Assembly: GCA_049519355.1 (NCBI GenBank)
Contig: JBEKQV010000003.1
Coordinates: forward strand, 19,646 to 83,645
Length of the DNA stretch: 64,000 nucleotides
Direction of reading: 5' to 3'
Source: Candidatus Microgenomates bacterium
GTDB lineage: Bacteria; Patescibacteriota; Microgenomatia; UBA8517
The position numbers and the translations under genes were made by a program. This document shows positions 38,468 to 48,579 of the stretch, piece by piece. Position 1 is the stretch's first letter; each line of letters begins with the position of its first letter. The notes under the pieces were generated by a model that searched no databases, had not been told where the DNA came from, and worked only from the letters and a program-made list of their open reading frames with translations.

Positions 38468-38826
38468 AAACCAAAGCTGGTGCCGGAGTGTAGTGTTTTT
38501 ATTAATCTCTTACGGACGCCATGGTTTTTATTTTTTATGGCAAGTTATTTTTATTTAATTACCCCTTTTTAGATATACGTCGAAAATTGTCCTTCCGAAC
38601 AAACACCGTAACGAATTTTTCGCTTATTTCGCCACTTCCCCGCTTTTCATTAAATGTTTAGGAAAATCAAGAATTTAAGGTAATTATTTTTATTCCGTAT
38701 TTTCGGCTTAAAGGAAGACGACCTCTTATATGTCTTTTTATTTAGACAGGCCTTAAAATCGATTTGGTGAAGCCACTTTTTGAGTTGATTTTACTGTGCT
38801 ATAGAGATTAGACTTAGCTTATACAA

Positions 38827-39051
38827 ATGGAGATAAACGAAAGCGTTGAATCTGTTGAACCGTCAGAAGGAATATCTTTGTCCGACAAATTACAAAACAT
38901 TGCATTAAAAGTGCATGTCGATAAAGATATGCTGATTGCAACCACAGCGGTCGTAGTGGCAGTTGCAGTAGGAATAAACGCGCACCTAAGTCTTTTATGG
39001 CTTCAGCAAGGTATCAGTATATTTGAGGATAGACTTAAAGGAAACCACTAG
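38827..39051 (+). CDS. Small single-TM hypothetical protein
   Basis: 74-aa ORF with one hydrophobic segment. Confidence 0.55.
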   Translation: MEINESVESVEPSEGISLSDKLQNIALKVHVDKDMLIATTAVVVAVAVGINAHLSLLWLQQGISIFEDRLKGNH

Positions 39052-39099
39052 CCCGTATTAACTTAATGTCGTACAATATTGCTCTTGTCCCCAAATATT

Positions 39100-39987
39100 A
39101 TGTCGATAGAAAATAAATACCTTCAGACTGTTCGATCAATATATCGTGGTATAACTTCTCCGAAAGATGATCATCTTAAAGAGATTGTCGGTATGCGTAC
39201 ACCCAGAGAAGAATGTACAAGATTTAATCCCCCACCCGAGCGACTCTTACCGGAAATTGTGAAAGTACTCGAATCGAGAAAAGATATTAGTTTGTCTAAT
39301 CTTAAGTCAGATTTGGGAATAAAGAGATCGGATGTAATGACTCTTTTTGCAAGTTTTATCGATCACCATAAGATTGAGCGTGTTAAAGTTTTTTCGCCGT
39401 ATACGGAAGGCGCCGTCGCAGTTATTAATGGGGTTATGGAAAAGCAATTGCCGGTTACAATACCCGAACAATTTGGTATGGCTCTAGGCCGTTCAGAAGG
39501 TAATATCAGTTTAGCCGTAATATACCTTTCATTGGCAACCAGAATGATGGCAAGGAATTCAGATTCCCGGATTTTCCCTATTAGTTTTAGTGATAACGCC
39601 ATATTTTTATGGAAAAATAAAGTTGCACCGTTCGGTTGGGTAGAAAATGATTCCGATGAGGATCCGGCCGGTGACACATATCATCTTTGGCTTGCGGCGC
39701 TTGCCGGAATCAGTCGGGAAGAAAAATCCGATCCGGGACCAATTAATAAAGCAAAACAATTTGTGTGTGACAATACTTATCCTCATGTAGCCGGGGTAAC
39801 TCAAATTTTAAGACACGAATTTTTCTTTGGTATTCAGGGTTTGGTTGGGCATAAGACGGATGATAGTGAATTGCAAGATAAGATTGAATGGCCCACCCAC
39901 GGAGTAGTTGATAGGGTTGGTTATAATCTCGGACGCTACACGGTAAATTTTTATGAGTCGCACAATCATATTGACAACCCTCTCTAG
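39100..39987 (+). CDS. Hypothetical protein
   Basis: Long ORF; DPAGDTYHLW motif; no family recognised. Confidence 0.7.
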   Translation: MSIENKYLQTVRSIYRGITSPKDDHLKEIVGMRTPREECTRFNPPPERLLPEIVKVLESRKDISLSNLKSDLGIKRSDVMTLFASFIDHHKIERVKVFSPYTEGAVAVINGVMEKQLPVTIPEQFGMALGRSEGNISLAVIYLSLATRMMARNSDSRIFPISFSDNAIFLWKNKVAPFGWVENDSDEDPAGDTYHLWLAALAGISREEKSDPGPINKAKQFVCDNTYPHVAGVTQILRHEFFFGIQGLVGHKTDDSELQDKIEWPTHGVVDRVGYNLGRYTVNFYESHNHIDNPL

Positions 39988-40016
39988 CCGAGCTACATTG
40001 AATTAATTAACATTTA

Positions 40017-40970
40017 ATGCCTGCGCCCACAACTAATCATTCCGAGATAGCCCAAAAGGCTAACGAGTTTTTAGAATATCTTCAAGTTGAGCGTGGTGCC
40101 TCTCCCCTAACGATTCGAAATTACCGGCATTATTTGACGAGATTTATGAATTGGATGGAATCGCAAGGAATCCGTGAGGATCTAAAAGATATTAACCCCG
40201 ATGTTGTCAGGAGTTTCAGAGTTTATCTTTCCAATCTTCCCGGAGAAAATAAGGCGCAGATGGCGAGGCGGACTCAGGGCTATCACGTTATTGCCATGAG
40301 GAGCTTTCTCAAGTGGCTAATCAAAAACGATTATTCGGTTATGGCGCCTGACAAAATCGAACTGCCGAAAGTTGAGGAAAGGCAGGTTAAGTTTTTAAAC
40401 GGCGAACAGGTGGACAGACTCCTAAATGCACCGAGTTTATCGACAATTCAGGGTAAAAGGGATAAAGCAATTCTGGAAGTTCTTTTTTCAACAGGGCTTC
40501 GTGTTTCGGAGTTAACTAAACTTAACCGCGACACAATTGATCTTGACCGTCGGGAGTTTGGAATAATCGGAAAAGGTGGAAAAGCCCGGGTTGTATTTCT
40601 ATCCCAAAGGGCGGCCGACTGGCTGATTAAATATATTAATGGACGCGATGATCACTTTAAACCACTCTTTATTCACCACAAGGGTATTGCCGGTCCGGGT
40701 ACGCCTGATGAAAAAATGCGTCTTACTCCCCGATCGGTTCAAAGAATGGTGAAAAAGTATTCCCATAAAATGAAACTACCGGTTGAAGTGACTCCCCACG
40801 TAATGCGCCATAGTTTTGCAACGGACTTGCTTATGGCCGGGGCGGATATTCGGTCGGTTCAAGAAATGTTGGGACATAAAAACATCTCTACAACCCAAAT
40901 CTACACTCATGTTACAAACAAGCAATTAAGAGATGTCCATGAAGCATTCCATGGAAAAGGAGGAAACTAA
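40017..40970 (+). CDS. XerC/XerD/XerA-family tyrosine recombinase
   Basis: TGLRVSEL, GKGGK, PHVMRHSFAT, LGH, TTQIYTH catalytic set; N-terminal SAM-like domain. Confidence 0.93.
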   Translation: MPAPTTNHSEIAQKANEFLEYLQVERGASPLTIRNYRHYLTRFMNWMESQGIREDLKDINPDVVRSFRVYLSNLPGENKAQMARRTQGYHVIAMRSFLKWLIKNDYSVMAPDKIELPKVEERQVKFLNGEQVDRLLNAPSLSTIQGKRDKAILEVLFSTGLRVSELTKLNRDTIDLDRREFGIIGKGGKARVVFLSQRAADWLIKYINGRDDHFKPLFIHHKGIAGPGTPDEKMRLTPRSVQRMVKKYSHKMKLPVEVTPHVMRHSFATDLLMAGADIRSVQEMLGHKNISTTQIYTHVTNKQLRDVHEAFHGKGGN

Positions 40971-42028
40971 TCTTCAATTTTTTCCCAGGGAAATCCTGGC
41001 CGGCCGAAGTGACCGTATGAAGCGGTAGCTTGGTAAATCGGATTTCTTAAACCAAGTCTTTGAATAATAGCAAGCGGCCTGAAGTCATAATTTTTAGTAA
41101 CATACTTCGACATATCTTTTCCTTTTTCATCCGTTGCCGTAAGCATTAATGGTTCAGCTTTTCCAATTGCATAAGCAACCGAGACCAAACAGCTTTTTGC
41201 TAAGCCTTTTGCTACAATATTTTTGGCGACAAACCTGCACATATAGGCGCCACTTCTATCAACCTTTGTCGGGTCTTTTCCGGAGAAGCACCCACCTCCG
41301 TGCGGAATAAGCCCGCCGTAAGTATCAACCATAATTTTTCTTCCGGTTAAACCAGTATCGGCAACAAATCCACCAACCTCAAATTTCCCCGTCGGATTAA
41401 CCAAAATATCAATCCCCTTTATATTCCCCACTACTTTTTTAATTAATTTATCGGCAATTTCGCGTCTGATGGTTTCAATGGGAATCCCCTTTTTGTGCTG
41501 GGCCGAAACCAAGACGGTTTTAATTTTTCCGTTTTGCATAGTTATCTGGGCTTTGCCGTCGGGAAGAAGCCAACTAATTTTTTTGCTTCTTCTTAAATCT
41601 TCCAATCCTTTGGTAAGTTTGTGAACCATAGCCACCGCTTTAGGTAGATATTCCGGGGTTTCGTTAGTGGCAAAGCCGTACATTATTCCCTGATCGCCCG
41701 CCCCCCCGGTATCAACCCCCATGGCAATGTCGGGAGATTGTTTAACAATATTTGTGATAATACGCAGTTTATCGGTATGTCCGATATCTCTATAAACTTT
41801 TCTGGCAATTTTGGCGGCATCGAACTTTGCATGGGTTGTAACTTCCCCGCCGATAACAAAAAGGCCATGAGCTCCAAAACTTTCTATGGCAACCCTGGAT
41901 TTTGGGTCTTGAGTCAAACACGCGTCAAGAATTGCATCCGAGACCTGGTCGCAAATTTTATCGGGATGTCCGCTGGTTACGGATTCAACTGTATAATTTT
42001 TGAAGGAATTTGAAAAAATATTACTCAT
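40967..42028 (-). CDS. metK: S-adenosylmethionine synthetase
   Basis: ESVTSGHPDKICDQ, GAGDQG, GLTGRKI, GGGCFSGKDPTKVDRS; start set to ATG 42028. Confidence 0.97.
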   Translation of the reverse strand: MSNIFSNSFKNYTVESVTSGHPDKICDQVSDAILDACLTQDPKSRVAIESFGAHGLFVIGGEVTTHAKFDAAKIARKVYRDIGHTDKLRIITNIVKQSPDIAMGVDTGGAGDQGIMYGFATNETPEYLPKAVAMVHKLTKGLEDLRRSKKISWLLPDGKAQITMQNGKIKTVLVSAQHKKGIPIETIRREIADKLIKKVVGNIKGIDILVNPTGKFEVGGFVADTGLTGRKIMVDTYGGLIPHGGGCFSGKDPTKVDRSGAYMCRFVAKNIVAKGLAKSCLVSVAYAIGKAEPLMLTATDEKGKDMSKYVTKNYDFRPLAIIQRLGLRNPIYQATASYGHFGRPGFPWEKIED

Positions 42029-42124
42029 ATCGTTTGTCAGCTTTAGCACCTTTCCTGAACTTTTACTTCAGGGGGCTGTTGGCGGATCATTAGGCTGACT
42101 CCCTCCCCGCGCTCTTGATACTAA
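42025..42124 (-). ncRNA. SAM-I-type riboswitch (no P4 helix) upstream of metK
   Basis: Minus strand reads UAUCAAGAG-CGCGGGGAGGGA-GUCAGCCUAAUGAUCCGCCAACAGCC...GGUGCUAAA-GCUGAC-AAAC-GAUAUG; GUCAGC/GCUGAC pseudoknot; promoter TTGACT-N16-TAAAAT just upstream. Confidence 0.85.
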
Positions 42125-42180
42125 AACCTATTTTAAACGCAATAGGACCTGAGTCAATAGGAATTTGCTATAATAATTCC

Positions 42181-42693
42181 GTGGTAACGATAATTCTTCC
42201 CGGAGCATCAGTGCAGAATAAGGAATGGCTGGAAGAAACGGCAAAGAAAATTAACGTTGATGGTGAAATCAGGCCGATTTATTGGGATCACTGGACAGAC
42301 CCTTCAAAAGAATTTAACAAGGAAGAGAAAGCAAGACTGATTAATGATATTGTCGGAATGAGAGTAGTCGATATTGTCGCCAAATCAATCGGAACTCTGG
42401 TTGCAGCTTACATGATTCAGAAAGCTCCCGAAAAGATCCATAAAATAGTTTTTAACGGTATTTGCCTAAACGATTTGAACGAGGATGAAAAGGAAGTAAT
42501 TAAATCCGCTCTAAAACTGATTTCCCCTGAAAATATTATGTGTTATCAGAATGAAGAAGATCCCCATGGGAGCTTTGATCAGGCGAAAAAGTTTTTGTCC
42601 GAAGTTAGTCCGGATATAAAAATAATTTCAAAGGAGAGAGGTGATCACGAATATCCATACTTTGAAGAGTTCCACAATTTTCTTCTGGAGTAA
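42181..42693 (+). CDS. Small alpha/beta-hydrolase fold protein
   Basis: IILPG, VAKSIGT nucleophile elbow, DP..., DHEY; GTG start 6 nt after TGcTATAAT. Confidence 0.7.
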   Translation: MVTIILPGASVQNKEWLEETAKKINVDGEIRPIYWDHWTDPSKEFNKEEKARLINDIVGMRVVDIVAKSIGTLVAAYMIQKAPEKIHKIVFNGICLNDLNEDEKEVIKSALKLISPENIMCYQNEEDPHGSFDQAKKFLSEVSPDIKIISKERGDHEYPYFEEFHNFLLE

Positions 42694-43452
42694 TTATCTA
42701 ATCTCGTAGGATAGCGAAATTGTTACGTCTATTTCCGTTGTCCCGGGCTGAACGCTCGGAGGTGTAACCGATTTTTGTGTAACTCCCCCGCCGGAAACTG
42801 GAAAGGCAAGGGGCTGAATATTGGAAGGAGTTTCTTCGGATACATTAATTATTTTTCCAAGTGAAATTCCTGCTGCTTTTGCAAGGCCTTCGGCATCAGT
42901 TTTTGCCTGGCTGACAGCCTGTTCGCGTGCGGTCTGAAGCGCCTGGTTCTTGGCTGTCTCGCTTAAGTCAAAACTTACTCCGCTTATATTATTCGCTCCG
43001 TAACTCGTTGCCGTTGCCAGGAGGTCGTTAATTTTAGTGAAATCACGGATGGTGACTTCATAATTTGTCGAAACGTCGTAACCCGTTATCCTTTGAGTCG
43101 GGGTCGTATAGTCGTATTGTGGATTAACTGAGTAAGAAGTTGTCTGAATGTCGGCTGCCGCAATCCCCAACTTTTTTATCTGGTTTACGAGGTCTTGGGA
43201 CTTTTGGTTTACGGAATTTTGAACGGTTTTCAAATCGGTTCCCGTTTGCTCAATTCCGAAGTCTATTTTGGCAATATCTGGGGTAACAATTATCTTTCCA
43301 GTTCCCTGAACAACAAACGGTTGACCGACTGTTTGTGTACTTGTTGAGAAATTAATCGATGGTCCATATTTGGCAAAGATAAAAAGAAGGATGAAGAATG
43401 AAAGCATTAAGACTAATGCATGACCAAAGGGGTCGTGAAGTTTATTTTCCAT
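42694..43452 (-). CDS. SIMPL/DUF541 domain protein
   Basis: VQGTG....PDIA, IQT..YSVNPQY, GAN.ISG.SF, LAKAAG..LG. Confidence 0.88.
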   Translation of the reverse strand: MENKLHDPFGHALVLMLSFFILLFIFAKYGPSINFSTSTQTVGQPFVVQGTGKIIVTPDIAKIDFGIEQTGTDLKTVQNSVNQKSQDLVNQIKKLGIAAADIQTTSYSVNPQYDYTTPTQRITGYDVSTNYEVTIRDFTKINDLLATATSYGANNISGVSFDLSETAKNQALQTAREQAVSQAKTDAEGLAKAAGISLGKIINVSEETPSNIQPLAFPVSGGGVTQKSVTPPSVQPGTTEIDVTISLSYEIR

Positions 43453-43461
43453 TACTATTTA

Positions 43462-46110
43462 TTATACTCCCTCTTCCTCTTCTTCCCCGCCTTTTTCAAG
43501 TACGGCGGCTGCGGCAACAGAATCGGCCTTATCGGCAAAGCGCATAAGAATAACACCTTGAGTAGCACGACCAAGCTGGGGAATATTTTTAAGCGGAAGC
43601 TTAATTACTTGTCCCATCTTGCTGGTAATAATCACTTGGTCAAAACTTTGGGTGACCATAATTGCTGTTTTAAGATTTCCGGTTTTCGGGCTGACGACGG
43701 AAGCCTTAACGCCCTTACCGGCGCGTTTTTGTACAGGGAAAAGATGAATCGGGGTGCGCTTTCCCAAGCCCTTTTCCGCAATTGTCAAAATATCCCTGAA
43801 CACTTTCTTTCTTTTATCGGCGGGAATCGTTTCTTTGCCCGGGAAAACCTCCATATCTATAAGTTCGTCACCCTTTTCCAGTTTTATTCCCGTAACTCCC
43901 GTGGTGGCACGTCCCATCGGTCTGACATTCGCTTCAGGGAATCTTATCGATTTTGCATTCCTGGTTAAAAGAATAATATGATCATTTCCTGTTGTCGGAT
44001 GGACAGAAACGAGCTCGTCACCTGTCCTAAGCTTTATGGCGATTAATCCCGAAGCTCTCAAATTGTCAAATTCGGAAATGGATGTCTTTTTTATTACACC
44101 AGTCATGGTTGCCATAATCAGGTGTTTTACTCCGGATTCTTTGGACAAAGGAAGCATGCTTCGTATTTCTTCCCCTTGTTCAAGATTCAAAAGATTTACG
44201 AGTGCCTGACCTTTTGCCTGGCGGGAGCTCTCCGGGATTTCCCAGGCTTTGAGTCCGAAAACACGGCCTTTATTGGTGAAGAATAAAATTGTATCGTGTG
44301 TTGTGGCGTCAATCAAATGTTCAATTTCGTCTTCTTCTTTTGTAGCCATTCCGATGACACCCTTGCCTCCCCTTCTCTGGGCCCTATAGGCGCCGGCCGA
44401 AAGCCGTTTAATGTATCCCGTTTTGGTAACAGTTATTAAGGTTTCCTCTTTGGCGACCAAGTCTTCTTCACTGAACTCTCCTATGGCGTGTTTATAAATT
44501 TTTGTTCTACGGGCATCGCCGTATTTTTCTTTCAACTCTGCAAGTTCTTTAACAATAATTTCCAGAACTTTTTGGGGATCTCTCAAAATTGCGGTTAGAT
44601 CATCAATAATTTTCTTAATTTCTTGATATTCTTTTTCAATTTTTTCGCGCTCCAGTGCAGCAAGACGCCGTAATTGCATATCCAAAATTGCGGTTGCCTG
44701 AATATCACTTAAGCCGAATTTTCGGATTAAGTTGGACTTGGCATCTTCCTGGGTTTTACTTTCCCTGATGGTTTTTATTACGGCATCAAGGTTATCAAGA
44801 GCAATTTTAAGTCCTTCCAAAATGTGGGCTCTCTTTTTGGCTTCGGTAAGATCAAAAATAGTTCTTCGGGTAACAACTCGTTGTCTATGTTTAACATACT
44901 CAACTAAAATCGTTTTTAGATTCAAGGTGTGAGGAGTACCGTCGACTAGGGCAACAAAGTTTGCGGGGAAACTGCTTTGAAGTTTGGTATGTTTGAAAAT
45001 ATTGTTAAGGACCGCTTTTGGTTTTGCGTCGCGCTTAAGATCAACAACAACTCTCATTCCGTCTTTATCGCTTTCATCCCGGAGGTCGGCAATTCCCACA
45101 ATCCTTTTATCCCTGACAAGTTCGGCGATTTTGGCGACAAGTTCGGCCTTATTTACTTGGTATGGAAGTTCGGTTATTACAATTTGCTGTTTGCCTTTGG
45201 CGCCTTCGGTAATTTCCGCAATACCTCGGACTACTATTCGGCCCCGCCCGGTTGCATAAACTTCATTCATGGAAGCGGCATCATAAATTGCTCCTCCGGT
45301 TGGGAAATCAGGCCCAGGAATAAATTTAATAAGATCTTCAATCGTGGTGTCACTTTCAAAACTGATTTCACTGGGTGTTACTTCCTCTTGAGTCAAAGCC
45401 TTTTCGGCACCGCTTGCGACGAGATTGATTTTTTTGATTATAAAATCGGTGTGAGTTTCCTGATTTTTGGTTTCGGGAGTTTCAGGTTGAGTCCTAATTA
45501 CATGACCTTTATTAATGACTTCAACTATTGCATCAACGACTTCCGTTAAGTTGTGAGGAGGAATTTTGGTGGCCATTCCGACCGCAATCCCTTCGGAACC
45601 CATTAAAAGCAAATTGGGAAGAAGCGCCGGTAGATAGACAGGTTCTTTAAGAGTCGCGTCGAAATTGTCTATGAAATCGACCGTTTCCTTTTCGATATCG
45701 GTTAAGACAAAGTCGGCAATTTTGGCAAGTTTCACTTCGGTATAACGCATAGCTGCTGGCGGATCCCCATCAACTGAGCCAAAGTTACCTTGACCATGAA
45801 CAAGCGGGTAACGCATGGAGAAATCCTGCGCCAAACGAACCATTGCATCATAAACCGCCATGTCTCCGTGCGGATGGTATTTTCCTAAAACCTCTCCGAC
45901 AACTTTAGCGGATTTCGTGGTTCCCGATTGTGAATAATGAAGCCCCATAAGGTGCATTGCGTAAAGAATGCGTCTGTGAACAGGTTTCATTCCGTCACGT
46001 ACATCCGGAAGTGCCCGGGCAACGATAACGCTCATTGCGTAATCAAGATATGAAGTTGAGAGTTCGGAAGTTATTTCAGTTGATAGTAATTTACCGATTT
46101 CTGTAGACAT
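43462..46110 (-). CDS. gyrA: DNA gyrase subunit A
   Basis: [29 protein letters not shown], GyrA-box QRRGGKG, CTD repeats. Confidence 0.97.
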   Translation of the reverse strand: MSTEIGKLLSTEITSELSTSYLDYAMSVIVARALPDVRDGMKPVHRRILYAMHLMGLHYSQSGTTKSAKVVGEVLGKYHPHGDMAVYDAMVRLAQDFSMRYPLVHGQGNFGSVDGDPPAAMRYTEVKLAKIADFVLTDIEKETVDFIDNFDATLKEPVYLPALLPNLLLMGSEGIAVGMATKIPPHNLTEVVDAIVEVINKGHVIRTQPETPETKNQETHTDFIIKKINLVASGAEKALTQEEVTPSEISFESDTTIEDLIKFIPGPDFPTGGAIYDAASMNEVYATGRGRIVVRGIAEITEGAKGKQQIVITELPYQVNKAELVAKIAELVRDKRIVGIADLRDESDKDGMRVVVDLKRDAKPKAVLNNIFKHTKLQSSFPANFVALVDGTPHTLNLKTILVEYVKHRQRVVTRRTIFDLTEAKKRAHILEGLKIALDNLDAVIKTIRESKTQEDAKSNLIRKFGLSDIQATAILDMQLRRLAALEREKIEKEYQEIKKIIDDLTAILRDPQKVLEIIVKELAELKEKYGDARRTKIYKHAIGEFSEEDLVAKEETLITVTKTGYIKRLSAGAYRAQRRGGKGVIGMATKEEDEIEHLIDATTHDTILFFTNKGRVFGLKAWEIPESSRQAKGQALVNLLNLEQGEEIRSMLPLSKESGVKHLIMATMTGVIKKTSISEFDNLRASGLIAIKLRTGDELVSVHPTTGNDHIILLTRNAKSIRFPEANVRPMGRATTGVTGIKLEKGDELIDMEVFPGKETIPADKRKKVFRDILTIAEKGLGKRTPIHLFPVQKRAGKGVKASVVSPKTGNLKTAIMVTQSFDQVIITSKMGQVIKLPLKNIPQLGRATQGVILMRFADKADSVAAAAVLEKGGEEEEEGV

Positions 46111-46218
46111 AAAATGAGGCTAATTCAGCCTCAACACATTTTACCCTCTTGGAAACCAAGAAGCAATGGCTATTGAGGAAGGACTTGACATTCCATTTCA
46201 CAAGATTGAATATTAGTT

Positions 46219-46941
46219 ATGGATTCATCATTAGCTGCCAAAAAGAAAAGTCTGACCACACTTATATTGGTTATAGGACTATTAGTAATAGCTGGCGGAA
46301 CAATAATTTTAAGTAAGACCGGACTATCTTTCATTTTTCAAAACAAGGCTGCTGCTCCGCCTACAACTGCTACGGGTTTACTTCAAACAATGAATACGTC
46401 GAATTGTAGAACAATAGTTCCTAAGCAGTTTGCGGTTGCTCCCTATGTGCTTGAGGGAAATTTTCTTTATCTAACACCGGCCAAACCGGCTCCTACTCCC
46501 AATTCTTTACCAAAGACAAGTTTTATCGGTATAGCTGAGGCAGCTTCTCTTCCGACACCGGTTACAAAACCGATGCCAATCTCGGTTCCTGTCAGGACCC
46601 CAGTTCCTGTTAAGACCTCGGTTCCAACACCAACTCCGATGCCGACTCCGAATTATAGTTACCTCCGTAATTGTCTGCCGGTTTACGCAAATAATTCTAT
46701 GGTTTCGGGTTTGATCGGTAGAATGGTTATTGTTACAGGGCCTTTTGATAATGGCTCTATCTACGCTTCAAGCATTAGATTAGTTGCTACTCCGTCTCCC
46801 AGGACTCCTCCTCCCCCGACTCCTATACCTAATCCAAAAAAGACTCCTGTGATAGTAATTGGAACGCCGATCCCGGTTCCTTATCACCCAACTCCAACTC
46901 CGATTCGCGCGACACCAAACACAAGGGCTTATAATTATTAA
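46219..46941 (+). CDS. Pro/Thr-rich single-TM exported protein
   Basis: N-terminal TM; PT-rich tracts interrupting a small Cys-containing domain. Confidence 0.7.
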   Translation: MDSSLAAKKKSLTTLILVIGLLVIAGGTIILSKTGLSFIFQNKAAAPPTTATGLLQTMNTSNCRTIVPKQFAVAPYVLEGNFLYLTPAKPAPTPNSLPKTSFIGIAEAASLPTPVTKPMPISVPVRTPVPVKTSVPTPTPMPTPNYSYLRNCLPVYANNSMVSGLIGRMVIVTGPFDNGSIYASSIRLVATPSPRTPPPPTPIPNPKKTPVIVIGTPIPVPYHPTPTPIRATPNTRAYNY

Positions 46942-46967
46942 AAGTTAAAGCTTACTAAAAAGAAGTT

Positions 46968-47270
46968 TTACTCTTCCTTGGGGGTTTGGTCGTTTGAAGA
47001 TGTTTGCTCTTCGGCTTTAGGTGGCTCTTCCGATTTAGTTTCGTTTGTTGGAGGAGAATTTTTGCCTTTCTTGGCAGCTAAATAAATTATGTAAGCGACA
47101 ACCAAAACTACTACAATGATTCCCAAGTCGATTTTCTTATGTGTCATTATCCAGTTTTGTGGAACGGGGGTTGGAACCGGTGTTGCAGCAATTGTAGGAA
47201 TTGCGCTGGGTGTTGGGCTTAGGGAAGGTGATGCTTTAGTTGTTGCTGCCAAAACCGTAAAAGTTGTCAT
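46968..47270 (-). CDS. Small Pro/Thr-rich single-TM protein
   Basis: PT-rich N-terminus, TM, charged tail. Confidence 0.65.
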   Translation of the reverse strand: MTTFTVLAATTKASPSLSPTPSAIPTIAATPVPTPVPQNWIMTHKKIDLGIIVVVLVVAYIIYLAAKKGKNSPPTNETKSEEPPKAEEQTSSNDQTPKEE

Positions 47271-47321
47271 TTAATTTAGAACTAACTAGGATTATACATG
47301 CGAAGATGAGTCTGTCAAGTT

Positions 47322-47909
47322 TTATGTCGGTTTGGCTTTGATTACCGCTCTTTCGCTGTCAAAGAGTCCCCAGCAGGTATAAATTGTAAGTTCCGATGTA
47401 TTTGTCGGGGAAACCAAGTCTACCCTATCCGGACCGACGAAGAATTTTTGATCGGCAATGTAATTATAAATTTTCCCGCTTTTGGTTTTGACAATTATCT
47501 TTTGTCCGAGACTTAAATACGGGAGGCTGCCGAAGATTGCTTTTTTGTTATGTCCGTAAATAACGGTGTTTCCCTCACCTCCCGGAGCTACCGATGTATC
47601 AAGAAAAGTTGCGGTCGAATCTGAGATTTGCCAAACGCCGTCTTTGATTTGTCCCTGCTCGACTTTCAAGTCAACATTGATTGAAGGAATGATGATTTCG
47701 ACGGGGATATCAATATTTTGCGTTGCATTGGCTGCCGCTTCCGGAACTTTTGAAAAAGAAAGAATCCTGACTCTGTAATAATTAATTGCCCCAAAAGAAA
47801 AAATTACAAGCCCTATAAAAATCAATAGAAGTGAGGAGCCGTTATTTTGAAGAAACTTTCCTAACCTTTTTGAAACTTTTGATACCTTTGAATGTGAATA
47901 TTCCACCAA
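47322..47909 (-). CDS. Sortase
   Basis: N-terminal TM; IIIPSI, GNTVIYGHN (His), LTIYTC (Cys), SERAV (Arg). Confidence 0.9.
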   Translation of the reverse strand: MVEYSHSKVSKVSKRLGKFLQNNGSSLLLIFIGLVIFSFGAINYYRVRILSFSKVPEAAANATQNIDIPVEIIIPSINVDLKVEQGQIKDGVWQISDSTATFLDTSVAPGGEGNTVIYGHNKKAIFGSLPYLSLGQKIIVKTKSGKIYNYIADQKFFVGPDRVDLVSPTNTSELTIYTCWGLFDSERAVIKAKPT

Positions 47910-48528
47910 TACCCATTATAGCTTGATAGAAAGTCAGATCAAAGCTTCCCGTGCCTGCCATTGTTGAGGCGCCTAAAACTTGTCCTTGGGGAGGAGTTGG
48001 GTGGGTGCTGCAATCGTGAACGGCACATCCTAATCCGTCGCCACCATCGTTGCCGCCACTACTATTATTGTCAGTCGGAACCGGTGTTACGGTTGCCTCT
48101 GGTGTGGCTATCGGGCTTTCTGAGGGCACAGGAGTTGCTGTCGGGCACTGGTGGTCTTCATTGGGTATGCAAGGTGTAGACGTAGGAGTTGGGGTTATGG
48201 TTGGCGTTGGCGAAGGACTTTGACAATCTTTGTCGCCGTGGTCTTCGTCATGATCGTAATCCTTTTTATCACATGGATCGTGTGTTGGGGTTGGTGTAGG
48301 TGTTGGAGTTGGGGTAGATTTATGGCAATCTTTATCATCCCAGTTATTGCCATAGCCATGATTATCACAGGGCTTTTGGGTGGGAGTTGGTGTAGGTGTG
48401 GGAGTGCTATGGTGGTCATTATCGTGAGCAAACGCAGAAGTTAGAGTTTTGCTCAGAAGTATAGAAACAACTCCTGTAACGATTATTAAGCCTAGAAGCG
48501 AAGCTTTTCCTGCATCAAATTTAATCAT
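47842..48528 (-). CDS. Exported PT-rich/His-Asp-rich protein with sortase-type C-terminal sorting signal
   Basis: Signal peptide (AFA), PT repeats, GQVLGAST-MAGTG, then hydrophobic segment and basic tail. Confidence 0.75.
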   Translation of the reverse strand: MIKFDAGKASLLGLIIVTGVVSILLSKTLTSAFAHDNDHHSTPTPTPTPTQKPCDNHGYGNNWDDKDCHKSTPTPTPTPTPTHDPCDKKDYDHDEDHGDKDCQSPSPTPTITPTPTSTPCIPNEDHQCPTATPVPSESPIATPEATVTPVPTDNNSSGGNDGGDGLGCAVHDCSTHPTPPQGQVLGASTMAGTGSFDLTFYQAIMGIGGIFTFKGIKSFKKVRKVSSK

Positions 48529-48579
48529 ATTTTTGAGCAGGTAGAGGCAGTCTATCAGCGTTTTCTCAGGTTGTCAAAT

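Noticed and set aside
40017-40970. Prophage or integron integrase
   Set aside because: Xer-like length and motifs, no IntI insertion, no attC cassettes or phage genes seen
43420-45549. Several 60-190 aa + strand ORFs within gyrA (and similar shadows elsewhere)
   Set aside because: Antisense or alternate-frame shadows of well-supported genes with no recognisable motifs
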